From Haplodiscus bocki (Eukaryota): a DNA stretch of 64,000 bases. The translations under genes were made by a program, and so were the position numbers. Under the pieces are notes generated by a model, which ran no database searches, had not been told where the DNA came from, and saw nothing but the letters and a program-made list of their open reading frames with translations. The DNA lies in contig OZ296651.1 of the NCBI GenBank assembly GCA_965655095.1, positions 3,658,001 through 3,722,000 on the forward strand. Reading direction: 5' to 3'. This document shows, in pieces, positions 1 through 13,020 of the stretch (positions within the stretch are counted from its first letter, which is position 1; every line of letters starts with the position of its first letter).

Positions 1-1586
1 ACAGAACGATTTTGACGCAACAATTATAGGAACAAGAAGTAACTCCAGAAAACACCGAGAAGATCACTCACGGAAGAGAACCAATAAATAACAACAGAAC
101 GATACAAACAATCCCAACAAAGAGGAGAGGCAAGGAGTTCAATACTGCAGAGAAAAGCACAAAACATAGGGTTTCAGTTCATATTTATTAAAAATCATTT
201 CTTCAGAAACACGGGGGAAAACATCATTGAACTCCAAAATGAGCCACCAGTAAAACCAGGATCAAATCGTAAAAGGATCACAAACTGCACAGTGAAATCT
301 TCTACTTCTCACTCGCATTAAACCAGGTGTGTTAGTTTTGCATTAAAAATCAGAAACACCGACCAGAAAGCATCATCAACCTAGACCGAAAACACTCCGA
401 AACAATGCATACCCAAAACACCATGTTCAAGCATCAACAACACCTTTCGCAGTTTCAACTTTGGAGAACGCCAAGATTTCTGAACCAATAAATATATGAA
501 TCAGAATTATGTCCAGGAATCATCAACAAGATCACTCTCGAAAGAGAACCATCAAATACCAACAGAACGAGTTTGACGCAACAATTATAGGAACAAGAAG
601 TAAGTCCAGAAAACACCGAGACGATCACTCACGGAGGAGAACCATTAAATAACAACAGAACGATACAAACAATCCCAACAAAGAGGAGAGGCAAGGAGTT
701 CAATACTGCAGAGAAAAGCACAAAACATAGGGTTTCAGTTCATATTTATTAAAAATCATTTCTTCAGAAACACGGGGGAAAACATCAATGAATTCCAAAA
801 TGAGCCACCAGTAAAACCAGGAACAAATCGTAAAAGGATCTCAAACTGCACAGTGAAATCTTCTACTTCTCACTCGCATTAAACCAGGTGTGTTAGTTTT
901 GCATGAAAAATCAGAAACACGGACCAGAAAGCATCATCAACCTAGACAGAAAACACTCCGAAACAATGCATACCCAAAACACCATGTTCAAGCATCAACT
1001 ACACCTTTCGCAGTTCGAACCGTGAAAAAACGCCAAGATTTATGAAGCAACTTTGTAATTGTCAGTTCTACTTTCGAGAGTGATCATCCCGATGATTTCT
1101 GGATAGGAATCAGAAAAATGTCCAAGAACCAACGAAACGATCAGTCTCGAAAATCAAACCTACAAATACCACCGAAACAAACCGACTGATCGCAACGTAG
1201 CGAGGAGGCATGGGGCGCGATAATTCAAAAAACACGCAAAACAACATCTTCATCGACAATACGCGCTACCAGTGTTACCGGAAAAAAAGGAGATCATAAT
1301 GCACAAAAAAACTTCCTGTTTCTCATTCGTGATGAATCAGGTGTGTTAGGTTTGCATCAAAAATCATAAACACGGACCAAAACTCATCATCAATGGAAAC
1401 TGAAAACACTCCCAAAAATGCATACCAAAAACACCATGTTCAAGCATAAACACACCTTTCGCAGTTTCAACTTTGGAAAAACGCCAAGATTTCTGAAGCA
1501 CTAAATATATGAATCAAACTTTATGGTTGCTACTATATGGTGGCAACAGTGCTACTAGTTAGAAAAAGTAGAATGATCTCATACAG

Positions 1587-4500
1587 CACAGTGGAATCTT
1601 CTATTTCTCACTCGTATTAAATCAGGTTAGTTATATTTGCAACGAAAGTCAGAAACTCGGACCAAAATTCATCATCAACGGAAACCGAAAACACTACGAA
1701 AAAATGCATACCAAAAACACCATGTTCAGGCATAAACTCACCTTTCGCAGTTTCAACTTTGGAGAACGCCAAGATTTCTGAACCAATAAATATATGAAGC
1801 AATTATGTCCAGGAATCATCAACAAGATCACTCTCGAAAGAGAACCATCAAATACCAACAGAACGATTTTGACGCAACAATTATAGGAACAAGAAGTAAG
1901 TCCAGAAAACACCGAGACGATCACTCACGGAAGAGAACCATTAAATAACAACAGAACGATACAAACAATCCCAACAAAGAGGAGAGGCAAGGAGTTCAAT
2001 ACTGCAGAGAAAAGCACAAAACATAGGGTTTCAGTTCATATTTTTCAAAAATCATTTCTTCAAAAACACGGGGGAAAACATCATTGAACTCCAAAATGAG
2101 CCACCAGTAAAACCAGGAACAAATCGTAAAAGGATCTCAAACTGCACAGTGAAATCTTCTACTTCTCACTCGCATTAAACCAGGTGTGTTAGGTTTGCAT
2201 CAAAAATCATAAACACGGACCAAAACTCATCATCAATGGAAACTGAAAACACTCCCAAAAATGCATACCAAAAACACCATGTTCAAGCATAAACACACCT
2301 TTCGCAGTTTCAACTTTGGAAAAACGCCAAGATTTCTGAAGCACTAATTATATGAATCAGACTTTATGGTTGCTACTATATGGTGGCAACAGTGCTACTA
2401 GTTAGAAAAAGTAGAATGATCTCATACAGCACAGTGGAATCTTCTATTTCTCACTCGTATTAAATCAGGTTAGTTATATTTGCAACAAAAGTCAGAAACT
2501 CGGACCAAAACTCATCATCAACGGAAACCGAAAACACTACGAAAAAATGCATACCAAAAACACCATGTTCAGGCATAAACTCACCTTTCGCAGTTTCAAC
2601 TTTGGAGAACGCAAAGATTTCTGAACCAATAAATATATGAATCAGAATTATGTCCAGGAATCATCAACAAGATCACTCTCGAAAGAGAACCATCAAATAC
2701 CAACAGAACGATTTTGACGCAACAATTATAGGAATTATAGGAACAAGAGGTAAGTCCAGAAAACACCGAGACGATCACTCACGGAAGAGAACCATTAAAT
2801 AACAACAGAACTATCCAAACAATCCCAGCAAAGAGGAGAGGCAAGGAGTTCAATACTGCAGAGAAAAGCACAAAACATAGGGTTTCAGTTTACATCTTTT
2901 AAAAATCATTTCTTCAGAAACACGGGGAAAAACATCATTAAAACGCAAAATCAGCCACCAGCAGGAAAAGGTAAAATGATCTTATACTGCACAGTGAAAT
3001 CTTCTACTTCTCACTCGTATTAAATCAGGTCTGTTACATTTGCAACAAAATCCAGACTCGGACCAAAACTCATCATCAACGGAAACCGAAAACACTCCGA
3101 AACAATGCATACCCAAAACACCATGTTCAAGCATTAACCACACCTTTCGCAGTTCGAACCTTGAAAAAACGCCAAGATTTCTGAAGAATTTTTGTCATTG
3201 TCGGTTCTACTCTCGAGTGTGATTATCTCGATGATTTTCTGGATATAGGAATCAGAAAAATGTCCAAGAACCATCGAGACGATCAGTCTCGAAAATCGAA
3301 CCGACAAATACCAACGGAACTAATCGACTGATCGCAAGGTAGCGACGAGGCATGGGTGCGGTAATTCACAGAAACACGGAAAAACAATATCTTCATCGGC
3401 AATACGAGCCACCAGTGTTACCAAAAAAAAAGAAGTAGATCATAATGCACAAAGAAAACTTCCTGTTTCTCATTCGTGATAAATCAGGTGTGTTAGGTTT
3501 GCATCAAAAATCAGAAACACGGACCAAAAAGCATCATCGACGGAGACCAAAACCACACCGAAAAAAAAACATACCAAAATCACCATATTCAGGCATAAAC
3601 ACACCTTTCGCAGTTTCAACTTTCGAAAGAGGCCAAGATTTCTGAAGCACCAATTATATGAATCAAACTTTATGGTTGCTACTATATAGTGGCAACAGTG
3701 CTACTAGTACGAAAAAGTAGAATGATCTCATACTGCACAGTGGAATCTTCTATTTTTCACTCATATTAAATCAGGTTAGTTATATTTGCAACGAAAGTCA
3801 GAAACTCGGATCAAAATTCATCATCAACGGAAACCGAAAACACTACGAAAAAATGCATACCAAAAACACCATGTTCAGGCATAAACTCACCTTTCGCAGT
3901 TTCAACTTTGGAGAACGCCAAGATTTCTGAACCAATAAATATATGAATCAATTATGTCCAGGAATCATCAACAAGATCACTCTCGAAAGAGAACCATCAA
4001 ATACCAACAGAACGATTTTGACGCAACAATTATAGGAACAAGAAGTAAGTCCAGAAAACACCGAGACGATCACTCACGGAAGAGAACCATTAAATAACAA
4101 CAGAACGATACAAACAATCCCAACAAAGAGGAGAGGCAAGGAGTTCAATACTGCAGAGAAAAGCACAAAACATAGGGTTTCAGTTCATATTTTTCAAAAA
4201 TCATTTCTTCAAAAACACGGGGGAAAACATCATTGAACTCCAAAATGAGCCACCAGTAAAACCAGGAACAAATCGTAAAAGGATCTCAAACTGCACAGTG
4301 AAATCTTCTACTTCTCACTCGCATTAAACCAGGTGTGTTAGGTTTGCATCAAAAATCATAAACACGGACCAAAACTCATCATCAATGGAAACTGAAAACA
4401 CTCCCAAAAATGCATACCAAAAACACCATGTTCAAGCATAAACACACCTTTCGCAGTTTCAACTTTGGAAAAACGCCAAGATTTCTGAAGCACTAATTAT

Positions 4501-6437
4501 ATGAATCAGACTTTATGGTTGCTACTATATGGTGGCAACAGTGCTACTAGTTAGAAAAAGTAGAATGATCTCATACAGCACAGTGGAATCTTCTATTTCT
4601 CACTCGTATTAAATCAGGTTAGTTATATTTGCAACAAAAGTCAGAAACTCGGACCAAAACTCATCATCAACGGAAACCGAAAACACTACGAAAAAATGCA
4701 TACCAAAAACACCATGTTCAGGCATAAACTCACCTTTCGCAGTTTCAACTTTGGAGAACGCAAAGATTTCTGAACCAATAAATATATGAATCAGAATTAT
4801 GTCCAGGAATCATCAACAAGATCACTCTCGAAAGAGAACCATCAAATACCAACAGAACGATTTTGACGCAACAATTATAGGAATTATAGGAACAAGAGGT
4901 AAGTCCAGAAAACACCGAGACGATCACTCACGGAAGAGAACCATTAAATAACAACAGAACTATCCAAACAATCCCAGCAAAGAGGAGAGGCAAGGAGTTC
5001 AATACTGCAGAGAAAAGCACAAAACATAGGGTTTCAGTTTACATCTTTTAAAAATCATTTCTTCAGAAACACGGGGAAAAACATCATTAAAACGCAAAAT
5101 CAGCCACCAGCAGGAAAAGGTAAAATGATCTTATACTGCACAGTGAAATCTTCTACTTCTCACTCGTATTAAATCAGGTCTGTTACATTTGCAACAAAAT
5201 CCAGACTCGGACCAAAACTCATCATCAACGGAAACCGAAAACACTCCGAAACAATGCATACCCAAAACACCATGTTCAAGCATTAACCACACCTTTCGCA
5301 GTTCGAACCTTGAAAAAACGCCAAGATTTCTGAAGAATTTTTGTCATTGTCGGTTCTACTCTCGAGTGTGATTATCTCGATGATTTTCTGGATATAGGAA
5401 TCAGAAAAATGTCCAAGAACCATCGAGACGATCAGTCTCGAAAATCGAACCGACAAATACCAACGGAACTAATCGACTGATCGCAAGGTAGCGACGAGGC
5501 ATGGGTGCGGTAATTCACAGAAACACGGAAAAACAATATCTTCATCGGCAATACGAGCCACCAGTGTTACCAAAAAAAAAGAAGTAGATCATAATGCACA
5601 AAGAAAACTTCCTGTTTCTCATTCGTGATAAATCAGGTGTGTTAGGTTTGCATCAAAAATCAGAAACACGGACCAAAAAGCATCATCGACGGAGACCAAA
5701 ACCACACCGAAAAAAAAACATACCAAAATCACCATATTCAGGCATAAACACACCTTTCGCAGTTTCAACTTTCGAAAGAGGCCAAGATTTCTGAAGCACC
5801 AATTATATGAATCAAACTTTATGGTTGCTACTATATAGTGGCAACAGTGCTACTAGTACGAAAAAGTAGAATGATCTCATACTGCACAGTGGAATCTTCT
5901 ATTTTTCACTCATATTAAATCAGGTTAGTTATATTTGCAACGAAAGTCAGAAACTCGGACCAAAATTCATCATCAACGGAAACCGAAAACACTACGAAAA
6001 AATGCATACCAAAAACACCATGTTCAGGCATAAACTCACCTTTCGCAGTTTCAACTTTGGAGAACGCCAAGATTTCTGAACCAATAAATATATGAATCAA
6101 TTATGTCCAGGAATCATCAACAAGATCACTCTCGAAAGAGAACCATCAAATACCAACAGAACGATTTTGACGCAACAATTATAGGAACAAGAAGTAAGTC
6201 CAGAAAACACCGAGACGATCACTCACGGAAGAGAACCATTAAATAACAGAACGATACAAACAATCCCAACAAAGAGGAGACGCAAGGAGTTCAATACTGC
6301 AGAGAAAAGCACAAAAGATAGGGTTTCAGTTCATATTTTTCAAAAATCATTTCTTCAGAAACACGGGGGAAAACATCATTGAACTCCAAAATGAGCCACC
6401 AGTAAAACCAGGAACAAATCGTAAAAGGATCTCAAAC
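1587..6437. repeat. ~2,149-bp 5-monomer higher-order repeat of satellite A (about 2.3 copies)
   Basis: Identical spurious ORFs are offset by exactly 2,149 bp (2596/4745, 3040/5189, 3445/5594). A private 9-bp duplication AATTATAGG-AATTATAGG occurs at 2724 and 4873. Boundaries are approximate. Confidence 0.88.
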
Positions 6438-9400
6438 TGCACAGTGAAATCTTCTACTTCTCACTCGCATTAAACCAGGTGTGTTAGTTTTGCATGAAAA
6501 ATCAGAAACACGGACCAGAAAGCATCATCAACCTAGACCGAAAACACTCCGAAAAAAACATACCAAAATCACCATATTCAGGCATAAACACACCTTTCGC
6601 AGTTTCAACTTTCGAAAGAGGCCAAAATTTCTGAAGCAACAATTGAATGAACCAGAAGTAATTCCACGAATCGCCGAGACGATCACTCTCGAAAGAAAAT
6701 CATTAAATACCAACAGAACGATTCAAACAATCGCAACAAAGCGGGGAGGCAAGGAGTTCAATACTGCAGAGAAAGAAAAGCACAAAACATAGTGTTTAAG
6801 TTTATCTTTTTAAAAACCATTTCTTCAGAAACACGGGGAAAAACATCATTAAACTGCAAAATGAGCCACCAGTGCTACCAGCAAGAAAAGGCAAAATGAT
6901 CTCATACTGCACAGTGGACTCTTCTATTTCTCACTCGTATTAAATCAGGTTTGTTATATTTGCATCAAAATTCAGAAACGCGGACCAAAACTCATCATCA
7001 ACGGAAACCGAAAATACTCCGAAAAAATGCTTACCCGAAACACCATGTTCAAGCATTAACCACACCTTTCGCAGTTCAAACCTTGAAAACGCCAAGATTT
7101 CTGAAGCAACTTTGTAATTGTCGGTTCTACTTTCGAGAGTCATTATCTCGATGATTTTTGGATATGAATCAGAAATATGTCCAAGAACCATCGAGACGCT
7201 CGGTCTCGAAAATCGAACCGACAAATACCAACGAAAAGAATCGATTGATCGCAACATAGCGAGGAGGCATGGGGCGCGATAAATCACAAAAACACGGAAA
7301 AACAACATCTTCATCGGCAATACGAGCCAGCAGTGTTACCAAAAAATGAAGTAGATCATAATGCACAAAGAAAACTTCTTGTTTCTCATTCGTGATAAAT
7401 CAGGTGTGTTAGGTTTGCATCAAAAATCAGAAACACGGACCAAAAAGCATCATCAACGGAGACCAAAACCACTCCGAAAAAAACATACCAAAATCACCAT
7501 ATTCAGGCATAAACACACCTTTCGCAGTTTCAACTTTCGAAAGAGGCCAAAATTTCTGAAGCAACAATTGAATGAACCAGAAGTAATTCCAGGAATCGCC
7601 GAGACGATCACTCTCAAAAGAAAACCATTAAAAACCAACAGAACGATTCAAACAATCGCAACAAAGCGGGGAGGCAAGGCGTTCAATACTGCACAGAAAG
7701 AAAAGCACAAAACATAGGGTTTCAGTTCATATTTTCAAAAATCATTTCTTCAGAAACACGGGGAAAACATCCTTGAACTGCAAAATGAGCCACCAGTGCT
7801 ACCAGCAAGAAAAGGCAAAATGATCTCATACTGCACAGTGGACTCTTCTATTTCTCACTCGTATTAAATCAGGTTTGTTATATTTGCATCAAAATTCAGA
7901 AACACGGACCAAAACTCATCATCAACGGAAACCGAAAATACTCCGAAAAAAGGCATACTTAAAACACCATGTTCAAGCATTAACCACACTTTTCGCAGTT
8001 CGAACCTTGAAAAAACGCCAAGATCTCTGGAAGAACGATTATATGAATCAGAAGTAAGTCCAACAATCATCGAGACGATCAGTCTCGAAAATCGAACCGA
8101 CAAATTCCAACGGAACTAATCGACTGATCGCAACGTAGCGACGAGGCATGGGTGCGGTAAATCACAGAAACACGGAAAAACAATCTTCGTCGGCAATACG
8201 AGCCACCAGTGTTACCAAAAAAAGAAGTAGATCATAATGCACAAAGAAAACTTCCTGTTTCTCATTCGTGATAAATCAGGTGTGTTAGGTTTGCATCAAA
8301 AATCAGAAACAGGGACCAAAAAGCATCATCGACGGAGACCCAAACCACACCGAAAAAAAACATACCAAAATCACCATATTCAGGCATAAACACACCTTTC
8401 GCAGTTTCAACTTTCGAAAGAGGCCAAGATTTCTGAAGCACCAATTATATGAATCAAACTTTATGGTTGCTACTATATGGTGGCAACAGTGCTACTAGTA
8501 CGAAAAAGTAGAATGATCTCATACTGCACAGTGGAATCTTCTATTTTTCACTCGTATTAAATCAGGTTAGTTATATTTGCAACGAAAGTCAGAAACTCGG
8601 ATCAAAATTCATCATCAACGGAAACCGAAAACACTACGAAAAAATGCATACCAAAAACACCATGTTCAGGCATAAACTCACCTTTCGCAGTTTCAACTTT
8701 GGAGAACGCCAAGATTTCTGAACCAATAAATATATGAATCAATTATGTCCAGGAATCATCAACAAGATCACTCTCGAAAGAGAACCATCAAATACCAACA
8801 GAACGATTTTGACGCAACAATTATAGGAACAAGAAGTAAGTCCAGAAAACACCGAGACGATCACTCACGGAAGAGAACCATTAAATAACAACAGAACGAT
8901 ACAAACAATCCCAACAAAGAGGAGACGCAAGGAGTTCAATACTGCAGAGAAAAGCACAAAACATAGGGTTTCAGTTTATAATTTTTAAAAATCATTTCTT
9001 CAGAAACACGGGGGAAAACATCATTGAACTCCAAAATGGGCCACCAGTAAAACCAGGAACAAATCGTAAAAGGATCTCAAACTGCACAGTGAAATCTTCT
9101 ACTTCTCACTCGCATTAAACCAGGTGTGTTAGTTTTGCATGAAAAATCAGAAACACGGACCAGAAAGCATCATCAACCTAGACCGAAAACACTCCGAAAA
9201 AAAGCATACCAAAATCACCATATTCAGGCATAAACACACCTTTCGCAGTTTCAACTTTCGAAAGAGGCCAAAATTTCTGAAGCAACAATTGAATGAACCA
9301 GAAGTAATTCCACGAATCGCCGAGACGATCACTCTCAAAAGAAAACCATTAAATACCAACAGAACGATTCAAACAATCGCAACAAAGCGGGGAGGCAAGG

Positions 9401-11800
9401 AGTTCACTACTGCAGAGAAAGAAAAGCACAAAACATAGTGTTTAAGTTTATCTTTTTAAAAACCATTTCTTCAGAAACATGGGGAAAAACATCATTAAAC
9501 TGCAAAATGAGCCACCAGTGCTACCAGCAAGAAAAGGCAAAATGATCTCATACTGCACAGTGGACTCTTCTATTTCTCACTCGTATTAAATCAGGTTTGT
9601 TATATTTGCATCAAAATTCAGAAACACGGACCAAAACTCATCATCAACGGAAACCGAAAATACTCCGAAAAAATGCATACCCAAAACACCATGTTCAAGC
9701 ATTAACCACACTTTTCGCAGTTCGAACCTTGAAAGAACGCCAAGATTTCTGAAGCAACTTTGTAATTGTCGGTTCTACTTTCGAGAGTCATTATCTCGAT
9801 GATTTTTGGATATGAATCAAAAAAATGTCCAAGAACCATCGAGACGCTCGGTCTCGAAAATCGAACCGACAAATACCAACGAAAAGAATCGATTGATCGC
9901 AACATAGCGAGGAGGCATGGGGCGCGACAAATCACAAAAACACGGAAAAACAACATCTTCATCGGCAATACGAGCCACCAGTGTTACCAAAAAAAAAAGA
10001 AGTAGATCATAATGCACAAAGAAAACTTCCTGTTTCTATTTCGTGATTAATCAGGTGTGTTAGGTTTGCATCAAAAATCAGAAACACGGACCAAAAAGCA
10101 TCATCGACGGAGACCAAAACCACACCGAAAAAAAACATACCAAAATCACCATATTCAGGCATAAACACACCTTTCGCAGGTTCAACTTTGGAAAGAGGCC
10201 AAAATTTCTGAAGCAACAATTGAATGAACCAGAAGTAATTCCAGGAAACGCCGACACGATCACTCTCGAAAGAAAACCATTAAAAACCAACAGAACGATT
10301 CAAACAATCGCAACAAAGCGGGGAGGCAAGGCGTTCAATACTGCACAGAAAGAAAAGCACAAAACATAGGGTTTCAGTTCATATTTTCAAAAATCATTTC
10401 TTCAGAAACACGGGGAAAACATCCTTGAACTGCAAAATGAGCCACCACTGCTACCAGCAAGAAAAAGCAAAATGATCTCATACTGCACAGTGGACTCTTC
10501 TATTTCTCACTCGTATTAAATCAGGTTTGTTATATTTGCATCAAAATTCAGAAACACGGACCAAAACTTATCATCAACGGAAACCGAAAATACTCCGAAA
10601 AAAGGCATACTTAAAACACCATGTTCAAGCATTAACCACACTTTTCGCAGTTCGAACCTTGAAAAAACGCCAAGATCTCTGGAAGAACGATTATATGAAT
10701 CAGAAGTAAGTCCAACAATCATCGAGACGATCAGTCTCGAAAATCGAACCGACAAATACCAACGGAACTAATCGACTGATCGCAACGTAGCAAGGAGGCA
10801 GGGAGCGCGATAATTCACAAAAACACGGAAAAACAACATCTTCATCGGCAAGGCGCGCCACCCGTGTTACCAGAAAAACCAGTAGATCATAATGCACAAA
10901 GAAAACTTCCTGTTTCTCAATCGTGTTAAACCAGGTGTGTTAGGTTCTCATCAAAAATCAAAAAAAGGACCAATATTCATCATCAACGGAAAACGAAAAC
11001 ACTCCGAAAAAACATACCAAATTCACCATATTCAGGCATAAACACACCTTTCGCAGTTTCAACTTTCGAAAGAGGCCAAAATTTCTGAAGCAACAATTGA
11101 ATGAACCAGAAGTAATTCCACGAATCGCCGAGACGATCACTCTCGAAAGAAAATCATTAAATACCAACAGAACGATTCAAACAATCGCAACAAAGCGGGG
11201 AGGCAAGGAGTTCAATACTGCAGAGAAAGAAAAGCACAAAACATAGTGTTTAAGTTTATCTTTTTAAAAACCATTTCTTCAGAAACACGGGGAAAAACAT
11301 CATTAAACTGCAAAATGAGCCACCAGGGCTACCAGCAAGAAAAGGCAAAATGATCTCATACTGCACAGTGGACTCTTCTATTTCTCACTCGTATTAAATC
11401 AGGTTTGTTATATTTGCATCAAAATTCAGAAACACGGACCAAAACTCATCATCAACGGAAACGAAAATACTCCGAAAAAATGCATACCCAAAACACCATG
11501 TTCAAGCATTAACCACACTTTTCGCAGTTCGAACCTTGAAAGAACGCCAAGATTTCTGAAGCAACTTTGTAATTCTCGGTTCTACTTTCGAGAGTGATTA
11601 TCTCGATGATTTCTGGATAGGAGTCAGGAAAATGTCCAAGAACCATCGAGACGATCAGTCTCGGAAATCAAACCGACAAATACCAACGCAACGAATCGAC
11701 TGATAGCAACGTAGCGAGGAGGCATGGGGCGCGATAACTCCTAAAACATTGAAAAACATCTTCATCGGCGAATACGCGCCACCAGTGTTACCAAAAAAAG
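6438..11800. repeat. ~2,650-bp higher-order repeat of satellite A (6-monomer unit, second copy partial and more diverged)
   Basis: ORF offsets 6792/9438, 7320/9968 and 7864/10516 (2,646-2,652 bp). The monomer order 470-455-470-408 is repeated. Confidence 0.75.
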
Positions 11801-13020
11801 AAGTAGATCATAATGCACAAAGAAAACTTCCTGTTTCTCATTCGTGATAAATCAGGTGTATTAGGTTTGCATCAAAAATCAGGAACACGGACCAAAAAGC
11901 ATCATCAACGGAGACCAAAACCACTCCGAAAAAAAACATACCAAAATCACCATATTCAGGCATAAACACACCTTACAGTTTCAATTTTTGGAAAGAGGCC
12001 AAAATTTCTGAAGCAACAACTGAATGAACCAGAAGTATTTCCAGGAATCGCCGAGACGATCACTCTCGAAAGAAAAACATTAAATACCAACAGAACGATT
12101 CAAACAATCGCAACAAAGCGGGGAGGCAAGGAGTTCAATACTGCAGAGAAAAGCACAAAGCATAGGGTTTCAGTGTATATTTTTTAAAAACCATTCCTTC
12201 AGAAACAGGGGGAAAAACATCATAAAAATGCAAAATGAGCCACCAGGAGGAAAAGGTAAAATGATCTCATACTGCACAGTGAAATCTTCTATTTCTCACT
12301 CGTATTAAATCAAGTTTGTTATATTTGCGTCAAAATTCAGAAACTCGGACCAAAACTCATCATCAACGGAAACCGAAAACATCCCAAAAAAATGCTTACC
12401 CAAAACACCATGTTCAAGCCTTAACCACACATTTCGCAGTTCGAACCTTGGAAGAACTGCAAGATTTCTAAAGCAACTTTGTATTTGTCGGTTCTATTTT
12501 CGAGAGTGATCATCTTGATGATTTAGGCACAGGAATCAGAAAAAAGTCCAAGAATCATCACGACGATCACTTTGCAAAATCAAACCGACAAATACCAACG
12601 AAAGGAATCGAAAGATCGCAACGTAGCGAGGAGGCATGGGGCGCGATAATTCACAGAAACACTGAAAACATCTTCATCGGCGAATACGCGCCACCAGTGT
12701 TACCAGAAAAAGAAGTAGATCGTAAGGCACAAACAAAAATTCCTGTTTCTCATTCGTGATAAATCAGGTGTGTTAGGTTTGCATCAAAAATCAGAAACAC
12801 GGACCAAAAAACATCATCAGCGGAGACCGACAACACTCCAAAAAATGCATACCAAAAACATCATGTTCAGGGATAAACACACATTTCGCAATTTCAACTT
12901 CTGAAAAACGCCAAGATTTCTTAAGCAACAATTATATGAATCAGAAGCATGCCCAGGAATCACCAAGAAGATCACTCTCAAAAGAGCACCAACAAATATC
13001 AACAGAACGATTTAAAAAAA

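Larger units (their letters stand above)
1..13020. repeat. Satellite family A: modular tandem repeat (shared ~220-bp core + alternative tails; monomers ~287, ~408, ~455, ~470, ~560 bp)
   Basis: The core TGCACA..CTTC..TTCTCA.TCG..TAAA.CAGG...CACCTTTCGCAGTT...GCCAAGATTTCTGAA recurs at about 286, 847, 1300, 1587, 2143, 2429, 2988, 3446, 3734, 4292, 4578, 5137, 5595, 5883, 6438, 6908, 7362, 7832, 8238, 8524, 9083, 9554, 10013, 10484, 10893, 11362, 11814, 12273 and 12727. The array runs off the window start. Confidence 0.95.

Noticed and set aside
286-13020. CRISPR-like or cassette-array reading of the constant core + variable tail structure
   Set aside because: The core is ~220 bp, the tails are themselves repeated and mutually homologous, and there are no cas or integrase genes. 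The context is eukaryotic.
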